Shown here one piece after another: positions 25,873 through 36,056 of a stretch of DNA of 51,638 nucleotides. Source of the stretch: Candidatus Moraniibacteriota bacterium (GTDB lineage Bacteria; Patescibacteriota; Minisyncoccia; Moranbacterales; UBA1568); the NCBI GenBank assembly GCA_037441965.1, contig JBBIRD010000006.1, positions 1 through 51,638 on the forward strand. Direction: 5' to 3'. Position 1 is the stretch's first letter, and each line of letters starts with the position of its first letter. The notes below the pieces were generated by a model. The model was not told the DNA's origin, did no database searches, and worked only from the letters and a program-made list of their open reading frames with translations. The position numbers and the translations under genes are program-made.

Positions 25873-28173
25873 TTATGTTTTTAGTTTTCCTCCATCACTG
25901 ACTTGATCAAGACGAATAGAGAGCAATTGAGATACTCCATCTTCACCCATCGTGACACCGTAAAGAAGATTTGCTTGTGCCATCGTTTGACGATTATGCG
26001 TAATAGCAACGAACTGAGTATGGTTAGAAAGTTCACGAAGCATCAAACTAAAGCGTCGAGAATTTGCTTCATCAAGAGCTGCTTCCACTTCATCAAGTAC
26101 CGCAAATGGTGGTGGATTATGCGAAATAATAGCAAAAAGAAGAGCGAGTGATGTCAGGGATCTTTCGCCTCCGGAAAGCATTGAGAGGTTCGTTATTTTT
26201 TTTCCAGGAGGACAAGCAAAAATTTCTATACCTAATTCACTATTCTCTTCCGATGAGTGAGTAGGTGTTTCATCTGTATCTATATCTCCTTCATCTTCCA
26301 TCTGACGATTGCGTTTTTTTAATGCGACAATTTCAATCTCGGCCTTTCCTCCACCAAAAATAATCTTAAAATATTCTTCAAATTTTTTCTTAATTTCTGT
26401 AAAAGCGTTCTGAAACTCCTTATCAATTTTAATATCCATTTCTTGAGTTACAGTACGCAAAGATTCTATAGCTTGTTTCGAATCGGTTGATTCACGAGTC
26501 AGGAAAGCAAAGCGCTCTTCTGTTTCTTTATACTCTTCTACAACAAGTGGATCGATAGTGCCGATGTGTTCCACTTCCATTTTGAGACGATAAATCTCAC
26601 GCTCAAGTTTTTCCTTTTCAACGGGCGTGTTGTCATAATGTAAATCATTTACATTCATCGCAAGTTCAGTCTTTACAAGATGAATCAGATCTTCTTCTCG
26701 TACTTCAATACGCGCCAAACGCACTTTTACTTCATTAGAAACATCCTTCAAGCGCGTCAACTGATATTCTTTTTCACGCCACTCTTTTTCTTTAGAAAAA
26801 AACATTTCTCTGCTAACACGACTCTCTTCACGCAGTGCTTCCGCTATCTTTTCTTGTTCATTCAAAGAAGATTGAATCTCAGTAAGCTTTCGATTGATCT
26901 CTTCTTTTTCTTTGATCAATGATTGTATTTTTTCATCACTCGCTTTCTTCTCATTATCAGGCAATGAAAGAGTTTTCTTTTCTTTGACACTTCCTTCCCC
27001 TGCTTTCCTATATAAATCAGCGAGTTTTTGATGAATCAATTGTGCAAATTCTTTAATATCTTGAATATCTTCAATCTTTGTAGCATTCTGAATGCGTTGA
27101 ATAATTTCATTTTGCTGTTCTTGTATTTCTTCAAGAGCTTTTTGCACATAACGAAGATCAACAGGAATAACTCGAATAATTTCTTCACTTTTTTGTCTCT
27201 CTTTTTCAATTTCAATTTTCCCATCGATGATGCTTCTATCACGAAGAAAGGTATTACTCGCATCACGAAGCGTACGAATGGACTGTGTTATTGTTTCTTC
27301 TTTACTTTGATCCCCCATCATTTCTGAGGCTTTCGCTACTTCACTAGCCAGCGTGTTCACTGCTATTTCCAAATCAAAGATTTGTTTCTCAGCATTATCA
27401 CGCTCCGAAAAAATAATCGAGCGTTCATATTGAAAATTATGCCAAAGAAAACCGTATAAAAGAAGTTGCTTCGATCGCAAACGCTCTGTGATTTCTTTCT
27501 CTTGTGATGCCTTCTCAGCTTGGCGTCTCAGATTTTTTAGATGAGGTTCTATTTCAACTAAAAGACTATCAACGCGTACCAAATTTTCTTTCGTACTTTC
27601 CAGTTTTCGCTGTGCGCGTTCTTTTTCAATTTGATATTGTTTCACGCCGGCAGCATCTTCAAAAATAGATCGCCGTTCTCCTACGGTCGCATTGAGTACC
27701 GCATCAGACATACCCTGAGTAATGACACAATAACTATCTTTCCCAATTCCAGCTTTAGCAAGTAAATCAACAATATCTAATAAACGAACTTTTGCACCAT
27801 TAATCAAATATTCACTCTCTCCGCTTCGATATATTTTTCGAGTAATAGATACTTCAGCAAATTCAATCGGGATCTTCTTATCAGAATTATCAAAATACAA
27901 AGTGACTGAAGCAGTACCAAGTCGTGTTTTTTTATCTGTACCAGAAAAAATGACATCTTCTGATTTTTTTCCACGAAGATTCTTCAGAGATTGTTCTCCG
28001 ATAGCCCATCGTATAGCATCTGCCACATTCGATTTACCAGATCCATTTGGACCGACAATTGCTGTAATGCCACATTTTCCTTGATGAGAAACTTCACAAT
28101 CAGGTAAAAAATCCAACGCTGTTTTATGAGCAAAGGACTTAAATCCACTCATTTCAAGTTTCTTTAAATACAT
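25873..28173 (-). CDS. smc: SMC-family ATPase, short form (about 766 aa)
   Basis: GFKSF, GPNGSGKSN, LRG..EDVIF, LSGGE, LDEVEAALD, ITHN; heads joined by coiled coil; upstream of rpsP and downstream of rnc. Confidence 0.9.
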   Translation of the reverse strand: MYLKKLEMSGFKSFAHKTALDFLPDCEVSHQGKCGITAIVGPNGSGKSNVADAIRWAIGEQSLKNLRGKKSEDVIFSGTDKKTRLGTASVTLYFDNSDKKIPIEFAEVSITRKIYRSGESEYLINGAKVRLLDIVDLLAKAGIGKDSYCVITQGMSDAVLNATVGERRSIFEDAAGVKQYQIEKERAQRKLESTKENLVRVDSLLVEIEPHLKNLRRQAEKASQEKEITERLRSKQLLLYGFLWHNFQYERSIIFSERDNAEKQIFDLEIAVNTLASEVAKASEMMGDQSKEETITQSIRTLRDASNTFLRDRSIIDGKIEIEKERQKSEEIIRVIPVDLRYVQKALEEIQEQQNEIIQRIQNATKIEDIQDIKEFAQLIHQKLADLYRKAGEGSVKEKKTLSLPDNEKKASDEKIQSLIKEKEEINRKLTEIQSSLNEQEKIAEALREESRVSREMFFSKEKEWREKEYQLTRLKDVSNEVKVRLARIEVREEDLIHLVKTELAMNVNDLHYDNTPVEKEKLEREIYRLKMEVEHIGTIDPLVVEEYKETEERFAFLTRESTDSKQAIESLRTVTQEMDIKIDKEFQNAFTEIKKKFEEYFKIIFGGGKAEIEIVALKKRNRQMEDEGDIDTDETPTHSSEENSELGIEIFACPPGKKITNLSMLSGGERSLTSLALLFAIISHNPPPFAVLDEVEAALDEANSRRFSLMLRELSNHTQFVAITHNRQTMAQANLLYGVTMGEDGVSQLLSIRLDQVSDGGKLKT

Positions 28174-28283
28174 ATCAGATGACAAATAAAAAACAAGGAG
28201 AATACTTACTCTTTCACAGTATACCCCATTTCGATAAAAAAAGAAAAACGCATAAATAAAAAGAGAGACTTCTCAGAAAGGAA

Positions 28284-28985
28284 TCATTCTTTCCAGCCTT
28301 TAACAATAACGCCTTTTCGAGCTGCTTCACGCTGAGCATCTTGTTTCGAAGATCCTTCACCTTCTGCTATCAAATCTTCACCTAGAAAAACTCCTGCAAT
28401 AAAATGTCTGTCATGATCTGGCCCCCATTCTTTGAGTACTCTGTAACTTGGCGTAATACCTGTTTTCTCCTGAGCTAATTCTTGAAAATGGCTTTTAGGA
28501 TCAGTATACAAACCTTCTGCCAATACTTCATCTAAATGCACAATGACATATTTTTCTATAAACTTCTTTGCCGAATCATATCCCTGATCCATATATAAAG
28601 CACCAATCACAGATTCCATTGCATTAGCAACAAGATAGGTACGAGCGCGTCCAGTATCCTTACTTTCACCACGACTCATCAAAAGAAAATCTTGTAATCC
28701 AAGCTCATGACCTATTTTTCCAAGCATATCTCCATTGACCAAAGAAGCACGAAAATTTGTCAAATCACCTTCTGGATTTTGAAAATGATCAAACAAATAT
28801 TTTGTTACCACAAGTTCAAGTACCGCATCACCTAAAAACTCTAATCGTTCATTGTGAGGATGTTTATATCCTTTATGTTCATTTAAATAGGATCTATGTG
28901 TCAGTGCTTCTTCGAAGAGATCTGTATCTACAATATCAATTCCAAGTTTCTTCTTCAAAAGTTCAATCTGCATTTTTTGTTCCAT
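28284..28985 (-). CDS. rnc: Ribonuclease III
   Basis: ALTHRS, NERLEFLGDAVL, dsRBD with GPDH. Confidence 0.97.
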   Translation of the reverse strand: MEQKMQIELLKKKLGIDIVDTDLFEEALTHRSYLNEHKGYKHPHNERLEFLGDAVLELVVTKYLFDHFQNPEGDLTNFRASLVNGDMLGKIGHELGLQDFLLMSRGESKDTGRARTYLVANAMESVIGALYMDQGYDSAKKFIEKYVIVHLDEVLAEGLYTDPKSHFQELAQEKTGITPSYRVLKEWGPDHDRHFIAGVFLGEDLIAEGEGSSKQDAQREAARKGVIVKGWKE

Positions 28986-29032
28986 AATGATGAAAAAATA
29001 GAGTATCTTCACAAAAAGCGTCCGAAGACGCT

Positions 29033-29560
29033 TTATTCAATTTCTTTTTTCTTTGATGCTCGTTGCGATTTTTTAACAACTTTTGTTTCTTCTTCTTCAA
29101 TCTTTTTTTTGTGATTTTCTGAAATATCATTTTTCATCGGTTCTCCCATCTCACGATAAATTGTACCAAGAACACCGTTGACAAAACGAGCACTCGCATC
29201 GCTACCAAACGTTTTTGCAAGTTCTATAGCTTCATTGATGGCAACTTTAGGAGGCACTTCATCATAATTACCAAACATCAGTTCGTAAATACCAAGACGA
29301 AGAATGGTACGATCCATCACAGTAATTTGTTCAATAGGCCACTCAGGAGCGCATTTCTCAATAAGCTTATCAATAGTGTCCTGTTCACGCAATGTTCCTT
29401 CGAGGAGATGCTCAGCAAAAATACTCTCATCAAGACCAGGAGCAAATTCAAGCATATTCCGCTTTAATATAACGCGAGACTGATCATTGTGCCTACCCTG
29501 AAAATCCCACTCAAAAAGTGATTGCATTGCGACTGATCTTTGAAGATGCCTATTTGCCAT
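29033..29560 (-). CDS. nusB: Transcription antitermination factor NusB
   Basis: [29 protein letters not shown]. Confidence 0.96.
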   Translation of the reverse strand: MANRHLQRSVAMQSLFEWDFQGRHNDQSRVILKRNMLEFAPGLDESIFAEHLLEGTLREQDTIDKLIEKCAPEWPIEQITVMDRTILRLGIYELMFGNYDEVPPKVAINEAIELAKTFGSDASARFVNGVLGTIYREMGEPMKNDISENHKKKIEEEETKVVKKSQRASKKKEIE

Positions 29561-29603
29561 TTATATTGAATGGAATGCGAAAGGTACGTCAAAAAAGCGT
29601 TCC

Positions 29604-29816
29604 TTAAGCAGTCTTTTTTGTTTTTTCATTTTTGAGCTTTGGAGCAGTATTGATCATCTCTTTTCCTTTATAGGAACCACAAGTTGGACAAATCCGATGT
29701 GGGAGAATACGAGATTTGCATTTTGGACACTCTGTAGTATTGACTAATTCAACATCATATTGTTTGCGGGCACGATCACGACGATGATGGGTATGCCTCT
29801 GTTTTGGGTTTGCCAT
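29604..29816 (-). CDS. rpmF: 50S ribosomal protein L32
   Basis: MANPK, CxxC...HRICxxCGSYKG. Confidence 0.95.
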   Translation of the reverse strand: MANPKQRHTHHRRDRARKQYDVELVNTTECPKCKSRILPHRICPTCGSYKGKEMINTAPKLKNEKTKKTA

Positions 29817-29904
29817 AGCAGTAGAAAATTATTAACTTTTTTAGTATAACATCCATTCGAACTTTTGGCAAGATAGTCCACTCTCTATAAGAAATACACG
29901 CTCT

Positions 29905-30624
29905 TTATTTTCTTTTTTTTGATTTCAAAACATTTGCAAAACGCCTATTGACATTTTCTGGCAATGCAAGTAACACAGGTCGAAATGACATTCTATGAAT
30001 TGGACAAGGACCAAGACGACGAAGTGCATCAAAATGATCTTTTGTCCCATACCCCTTATGTTTGGCAAATCCATATCCGGGATATTCCTTATCATACGCT
30101 TCAATAATACGATCGCGTGTCACTTTGGCAATAATAGAAGATGCAGCAATAGATTTCACTATGCTATCCCCTCCTATAATTGCTTCCTGTGGAAAAGAAC
30201 AGTTGGGAATAATCTGATTTCCATCAACAAGGAGATGTATATGAGAAAAAGCTTCTTTAGAAAGTTTTCTCTCCACATCTGATATCGCACTTTTCATTGC
30301 AAGGAATGTCGCCTGAAGGATATTTACCCGATCGATCGTTTCAGCGTTCACAATGCCTACGCCAACATAAAAATATTCGTGAATAAGATCAAACATTTTC
30401 TCCCGTTTTTTTTCTGAAAGTTTTTTTGAGTCTTTGATATCAACAAAAAATTTCTCACACTCTCTCGGTATCGAGAAAGACATATCCTTATAACATACAG
30501 CGCTCGCAACGACAGGACCTGCTAGAGGACCTCTGCCTGCCTCATCAATACCGACAATATACAGAGGGTCTGATTTTCTCTCTGCAATAAGGCTCAATTC
30601 TTTTTCGAAAGTTGTTTCAAACAT
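29905..30624 (-). CDS. rnhB: Ribonuclease HII
   Basis: GIDEAGRGPLAGPV, DSKKL, DG, SIAASSIIAKVTRD, HKGYGT. Confidence 0.96.
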   Translation of the reverse strand: MFETTFEKELSLIAERKSDPLYIVGIDEAGRGPLAGPVVASAVCYKDMSFSIPRECEKFFVDIKDSKKLSEKKREKMFDLIHEYFYVGVGIVNAETIDRVNILQATFLAMKSAISDVERKLSKEAFSHIHLLVDGNQIIPNCSFPQEAIIGGDSIVKSIAASSIIAKVTRDRIIEAYDKEYPGYGFAKHKGYGTKDHFDALRRLGPCPIHRMSFRPVLLALPENVNRRFANVLKSKKRK

Positions 30625-30802
30625 ATACTCTAGTATATGTGATTCTATGAAAACTCTCAAATAAAAAGACCTATTTCACTTCTCTGCTGAAAAATGATAT
30701 ACTTTTCCTATCATAAACTTCTCTGCAAAACCCATGGAGTTTCTCCGGGCTATGAGAGACACACACTTATGTTCCGATATCCATTTCATATTCCATAATT
30801 CT

Positions 30803-30829
30803 GCTTCGTCATTTTTGGCGAGGCTTTTT
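30803..30829 (+). terminator. Terminator-like hairpin in the dnaE leader
   Basis: GCUUCGUCA-uuuu-UGGCGAGGC plus U5, ending 30 nt upstream of the dnaE ATG. Confidence 0.5.
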
Positions 30830-30858
30830 ATTATTTATTTTAAGACTCATACTCCCCT

Positions 30859-33800
30859 ATGTTCACCCATCTTCATGTTCATTCTCATTATAGTCTTCTT
30901 ACAGCACTTCCTAAACTTGAGGATCTCCTGGCTCAAGCAAAAGAATATAATATGACCGCACTCGCACTCACTGATACTTCCGCTCTCTATGGTGCTGTTG
31001 AATTTTATATAAAAGCGAAAGAATTTGGGATAAAACCAATTTTCGGAGCAGAAATATTCATTTGTGAAAACCTCGAAAGTAAAAACAATACCATGGAGGA
31101 CAAGAGGCGTCATCAAATTGTTCTTCTTGTAAAAAACGAGATCGGATATAAGAATCTTATGAAAATTATTTCCATTGCTCAACTCGATGGATTTTATTAT
31201 AAGGCTCGTGCTGATAAGAAACTCTTAAGAAAATATCATGAGGGACTCATCGCTCTTTCAGGATCACTTCAAGGTGAGATACCGTCAGAAATCATCTATG
31301 GAAATTATGATCGAGCAAAGATGATTGCTCTCGAATATGAAGAGATATTCGGAAAAAATAATTTTTATCTCGAGCTTGGACCAAACTTCGATTACGAAAA
31401 CCAAGTGATTGCCAATCAAGGCATTATTCAAATAAATCGTGAAACAAATATCCCTCTTGTAGCAACGAATGATGTGCACTATATAAAAAAAGAACACGCA
31501 GAAATACAAGATGTTCTTCTTTGTATAAGAGATAATAAAAAAGTTTCTGATAAGGAACGATTCAGTATGATGGCACTTGATCTTTCGATGCGTTCCGAAG
31601 AAGAAATGACGACTATCTTCAAAGATTTTCCTGAGGCTATAAGTAACACACAGGTCATCGTCGATTCTTGTAATTTTACCTTACACCTTGGAGAAAATCA
31701 TCTTCCTTCATTTCCTTTACCCGAAGGAAAGACAGCTGATGCATTTCTTCGTGAACTCTGTGAAAAAGGACTTTCAAAACGCTATCCTGAACAAACTATC
31801 ACTGAAGAACAATACACTCGTATGAACTATGAGCTTGGTGTCATCGAAAAAACAGGCTTCGCTTCATATTTTCTCATTGTGCAAGATTTCGTAAACTGGG
31901 CGAAAGAAAATAAAATTGTTGTCGGTCCGGGTCGCGGATCTGCAGCAGGAAGTTTTGTGGCTTATCTCACAGGTATTACTGATCTCGATCCTATAAAGTA
32001 TACACTTCTTTTTGAACGCTTTCTCAATCCAGAACGCATTTCAATGCCTGATATCGATATGGATTTTGCTGATAATCGTCGAGACGATGTCTTGAATTAT
32101 GTACGCGAAAAATACGGAAATGATCATGTTGCACAAATTATTACTTTTGGAACGATGGCTGCTCGTGCTGCTATACGCGATACCGGACGCGCTCTTGGAT
32201 TTCCGTATGAAATTTGTGATAAAACTTCAAAAATGATTCCGATGTTCACCTCTATCGCTACATCACTTGCAGAAGTACCCGAGATCAAGAAATGGTATGA
32301 AGATAATGCAGATATAAAAAAATTGATTGACACAGCTATGAAGGTTGAGGGATTGGCAAGACATGCATCAATGCACGCATGTGGTGTTGTCATTACGAAA
32401 GATCCTGTTACAGAATACACTCCCTTGCAACGTGTTTCTGGAACAAGAGTCGGTGTTGTGACACAATATGCAAATTCAACAAAATGCGCAGCCGTAGAAA
32501 AAATAGGACTTCTTAAAATGGATTTCCTCGGGCTTCGAAACCTCACTATTATCCAAAACACACTTCGTATTATCCGCAAAACAAGGAATGAAAGTATCAA
32601 TATCGAAAAAATTCCTATCGATGATACGCTTACATTCAAACTTTTACAAGATGCTCATACGACTGGTGTTTTTCAACTTGAAAGTTCAGGAATGAAACGC
32701 TATCTCAAACAATTGAAACCAACAATTTTTGAAGATATTATCGCTATGGTCGCCCTGTATCGTCCTGGTCCGATGGAATATATCCCTGACTTCATCGGAG
32801 GAAAACATGGTACAAAAAAAATCGAATACCTGCATCCATCACTCGAACCAATTCTACAAAATACCTACGGTGTTGCTGTGTATCAAGAACAGCTGATGCA
32901 GATTGCAAGAGAGCTTGCTGGTTTCAGTTATGGTGAAGCTGACGTACTTCGTAAAGCAGTGGGAAAGAAAATAAAAGAATTGGTTGTCGAGCAACGAGCA
33001 AAATTTATTGATGGATGTATCAAAAATGGCGTACAAAAAAAAGTTGCTGAAAAAGTATTCTCATTTATCGAACCATTTGCTGGTTATGGATTCAATCGTT
33101 CTCATGCAGCCTGTTATGCACTCATCGGATATGAAACAGCCTATCTCAAGGCGCATTATCCAGCAGAGTTTATGGCAGCGCTTCTCACCTCTGATCAAGA
33201 CAATATCGAACGCATTGCTATTGAAGTACGCGAAGCTAAAGAAATAGGTATCGAAGTTCTCCCTCCACACATCAATGAAAGTTTTGGAGAGTTTTCTGTT
33301 GTACATAACGAAGAAGACACTGATTCAAAACGCGTTCGTTTTGGACTCAACGCTATCAAGAATGTTGGAACGATTGTTGCAGAAGAAATTGTTCTCGAAC
33401 GAAAACGAGGAGGGAAATATACTTCTCTCGAAGATTTCGTAAAGCGTGTAAAAACAAAAGATCTCAATAAGAAATCTCTTGAAGCGCTGATTAAGGTTGG
33501 TGCTCTTGAAGGTTTTGGTGAGAAAAATCAACTTCTCGAAAGTATAGAAGCTATTTTACAATATGGGAGAAATCTCAAAACAATCGCAGAAACACACTCA
33601 AATAGTCTTTTTGGTGAAATGACTATGGAAACAAGTATGATAAAACTTTCACCTGCTCTTATAGCTACAAGAAAGATGACACAAAATTGGGAAAAGGAAT
33701 TGTTAGGTCTTTATGTAAGCGATCACCCTGTCAACGCCTTTGAAGCATATTTTAAAAAAACAACTACATCTCTCCACAATCTTGAAAAGAAAGAAGATGA

Positions 33801-34335
33801 CAGCAGGGTTCGTATTGGCGGAGTCATCACAGATGTAAGAAAAATCCTTACTAAAAGACAACAAACAATGTATTTTGTTGGTCTCGAAGATACAACAGGT
33901 CGTATAGAAGTTCTCGTCTTTGGAAAAACAGCTGAAAGAACAGGCGAGTTCTGGATTGTAGGAGAAGTGGTCATCGTAGACGCTCGTATTTCACAGAAAG
34001 ATGACACTCTAAAATGCATCGCGGAAGGTGTAGAAAAAGTTTCAGAAAACACTCTTCATCAATTTGCAAGAGCGGAAGCTACTCGTGTAAAAAATACAAA
34101 AGAACACATATCTACCAAAAATGAAATCCCGATTCTCCAAATCAATATTAAAAAAGATGCTCCAACAAAAATTATTGAACATCTTTCTCAATGTCTGAAA
34201 ACTATTCCCAATGGTCCACAAAAAGTATCTGTCAAAATTCAAAACTCTCTTATCGAAACAACATTCTCGATTGCTCCAACTGAAGATCATCTTACCCAAA
34301 TAAGAAATATTGAAGGCATAGAATCGGTACAATAA
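30859..34335 (+). CDS. dnaE: DNA polymerase III alpha subunit
   Basis: PHP HLHVHS, GPGRGSAAGS, PDIDMDF, KMDFLGL, YGFNRSH, C-terminal OB fold. Confidence 0.98.
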   Translation: MFTHLHVHSHYSLLTALPKLEDLLAQAKEYNMTALALTDTSALYGAVEFYIKAKEFGIKPIFGAEIFICENLESKNNTMEDKRRHQIVLLVKNEIGYKNLMKIISIAQLDGFYYKARADKKLLRKYHEGLIALSGSLQGEIPSEIIYGNYDRAKMIALEYEEIFGKNNFYLELGPNFDYENQVIANQGIIQINRETNIPLVATNDVHYIKKEHAEIQDVLLCIRDNKKVSDKERFSMMALDLSMRSEEEMTTIFKDFPEAISNTQVIVDSCNFTLHLGENHLPSFPLPEGKTADAFLRELCEKGLSKRYPEQTITEEQYTRMNYELGVIEKTGFASYFLIVQDFVNWAKENKIVVGPGRGSAAGSFVAYLTGITDLDPIKYTLLFERFLNPERISMPDIDMDFADNRRDDVLNYVREKYGNDHVAQIITFGTMAARAAIRDTGRALGFPYEICDKTSKMIPMFTSIATSLAEVPEIKKWYEDNADIKKLIDTAMKVEGLARHASMHACGVVITKDPVTEYTPLQRVSGTRVGVVTQYANSTKCAAVEKIGLLKMDFLGLRNLTIIQNTLRIIRKTRNESINIEKIPIDDTLTFKLLQDAHTTGVFQLESSGMKRYLKQLKPTIFEDIIAMVALYRPGPMEYIPDFIGGKHGTKKIEYLHPSLEPILQNTYGVAVYQEQLMQIARELAGFSYGEADVLRKAVGKKIKELVVEQRAKFIDGCIKNGVQKKVAEKVFSFIEPFAGYGFNRSHAACYALIGYETAYLKAHYPAEFMAALLTSDQDNIERIAIEVREAKEIGIEVLPPHINESFGEFSVVHNEEDTDSKRVRFGLNAIKNVGTIVAEEIVLERKRGGKYTSLEDFVKRVKTKDLNKKSLEALIKVGALEGFGEKNQLLESIEAILQYGRNLKTIAETHSNSLFGEMTMETSMIKLSPALIATRKMTQNWEKELLGLYVSDHPVNAFEAYFKKTTTSLHNLEKKEDDSRVRIGGVITDVRKILTKRQQTMYFVGLEDTTGRIEVLVFGKTAERTGEFWIVGEVVIVDARISQKDDTLKCIAEGVEKVSENTLHQFARAEATRVKNTKEHISTKNEIPILQINIKKDAPTKIIEHLSQCLKTIPNGPQKVSVKIQNSLIETTFSIAPTEDHLTQIRNIEGIESVQ

Positions 34336-34360
34336 AAAATGTCTCACTCAGAATAGATCA

Positions 34361-34828
34361 TCATTCAGAGAAGGTATGAAAGTTTTCTCTTCTCTGTCGT
34401 AAACGGCGTTCAAAAATAAAAGTTATCCAAAAAATCACAATACAAATAGCAATCATCAATGCTCCCAAAACTACTCCTCCTGCGATATCGTCTTCTCTGT
34501 TTTTTTGAACAATAAAAAAATAAGCTTCTGCACCGAAAAGAGAAAAGAGGAGAGATATCATACTGTATCGGATAATATGCAAAGCTCTAAAAGAAAATAA
34601 TAAAGATTGTTTCTGATAACCTGTAAGTACGAACATCTGATACAATGCTACAAAAAATGATATTGAAGAAAGATACACATACGCCAAAAAAGGATCTCCA
34701 AAATAAATCTGAACGAATGAAGAGTGTATATTTCTCCCCTCAAAACAAGGTTCCAAAAGCATAAAAACAAGAACACTTATACCAACCATTATAATTCCTG
34801 TGCGAAATAATGTTATCATACATCCCAT
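34361..34828 (-). CDS. DUF2975-like membrane protein
   Basis: Four TM helices; EP..EGRN...YF.DPFLAY pattern. Confidence 0.6.
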   Translation of the reverse strand: MGCMITLFRTGIIMVGISVLVFMLLEPCFEGRNIHSSFVQIYFGDPFLAYVYLSSISFFVALYQMFVLTGYQKQSLLFSFRALHIIRYSMISLLFSLFGAEAYFFIVQKNREDDIAGGVVLGALMIAICIVIFWITFIFERRLRQRRENFHTFSE

Positions 34829-35030
34829 AATTATTCTGTCCTATACAATATATTCTTATTAAGAATGTTATTGTTATCAGTCTACTTTCTGTACGAATAT
34901 ATACTCTAAGACTTGTTTATTCCTAGAATACATACTACAATTTTCATAACTCTTCATATCTTAACATAACAATCTTTTTATTATCAATTTTCTGATTTTT
35001 ATAAAGAATAAACCGATCCCTGTGACTATT

Positions 35031-35990
35031 ATGAAAACTATTGTTATTATCGGTCCAACGGCTTCTGGAAAGTCGGATTTAGCTATTGCACTGGCAAAAC
35101 AATACGATGGAGAAATCATCTCAGCTGATAGTCGTCAGGTCTATAAAGGAATGGATATTGGTACAGGAAAAGTACTACGCGATGCACTTCCTCATCAATC
35201 TAAAAATAGCAGAAAATACTTCTCTGAAGGTATCGTTCATTATTTGATCGATAGAGCAAGTCCAAAAAGAACATACAATGTTACTCAATTTATTCGAGAT
35301 GCGAGAAAGGCTCTTCTCAATATTCAAAAACGAAAAAAGCTTCCCATTATCTGTGGCGGAACAGGTTTTTTTATTCAATCTCTTATTGAAGAAAATACTT
35401 TTCCTTCAGTGAAACCTGATCTATCCTTGCGTAAAAAACTTGAAACATTCTCTACAGAAGAGCTTTTTTCCTTGCTCAAAGAGAAAGATGTGGATCGCGC
35501 AAAAACAATCGACAGACATAATAAGATTCGTCTTATTCGTGCTCTCGAAATCATTCAGTATCTTGGAAAAGTTCCCAAGAGAGAATCTTCTAACGCATCA
35601 CTCTATACAAAAAAATATCTCTCTCATTTTATTCTCATTGCTCTTTGTCCAAAGAAAGAACTCCTTTTTCAAAATATAGAAAAGCGTCTTGAAAAAAGAC
35701 TCAAGGAAGGAATGATTGCCGAAGTACAACAATTACACAAAGAAGGCGTCAGTTTCAAACGACTCGAAAGCTTCGGATTAGAGTACAGGTATATTGCTTT
35801 ATTCCTCCAAAAAAAGATTTCATTATCTGAGATGAAGGAACGTCTCAATATTGAAATAAAACATTATGCTAAACGCCAAATCACATGGATCAAGCGTTGG
35901 GAGAAAATGGGTGCCACCATTCATTATATTACTTCTGCAAAAGAAGTTACCAAAATCATCAACAAAGACATTCTCAATAAAACTTCTTAA
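35031..35990 (+). CDS. miaA: tRNA dimethylallyltransferase
   Basis: GPTASGKS, ISADSRQVYKGMDIGTGK, GGTG, YAKRQITW. Confidence 0.97.
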   Translation: MKTIVIIGPTASGKSDLAIALAKQYDGEIISADSRQVYKGMDIGTGKVLRDALPHQSKNSRKYFSEGIVHYLIDRASPKRTYNVTQFIRDARKALLNIQKRKKLPIICGGTGFFIQSLIEENTFPSVKPDLSLRKKLETFSTEELFSLLKEKDVDRAKTIDRHNKIRLIRALEIIQYLGKVPKRESSNASLYTKKYLSHFILIALCPKKELLFQNIEKRLEKRLKEGMIAEVQQLHKEGVSFKRLESFGLEYRYIALFLQKKISLSEMKERLNIEIKHYAKRQITWIKRWEKMGATIHYITSAKEVTKIINKDILNKTS

Positions 35991-36056
35991 AAAATACTCA
36001 GAAACTTATCCCAATTTTTTCTTCAAAACATCAGCAACTATTTTTGGATTTGCTTT

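Noticed and set aside
30730-30765. Fluoride riboswitch (ATGGAGTT core)
   Set aside because: The 5' strand of P1 and the downstream consensus are absent, and the gene context does not fit.
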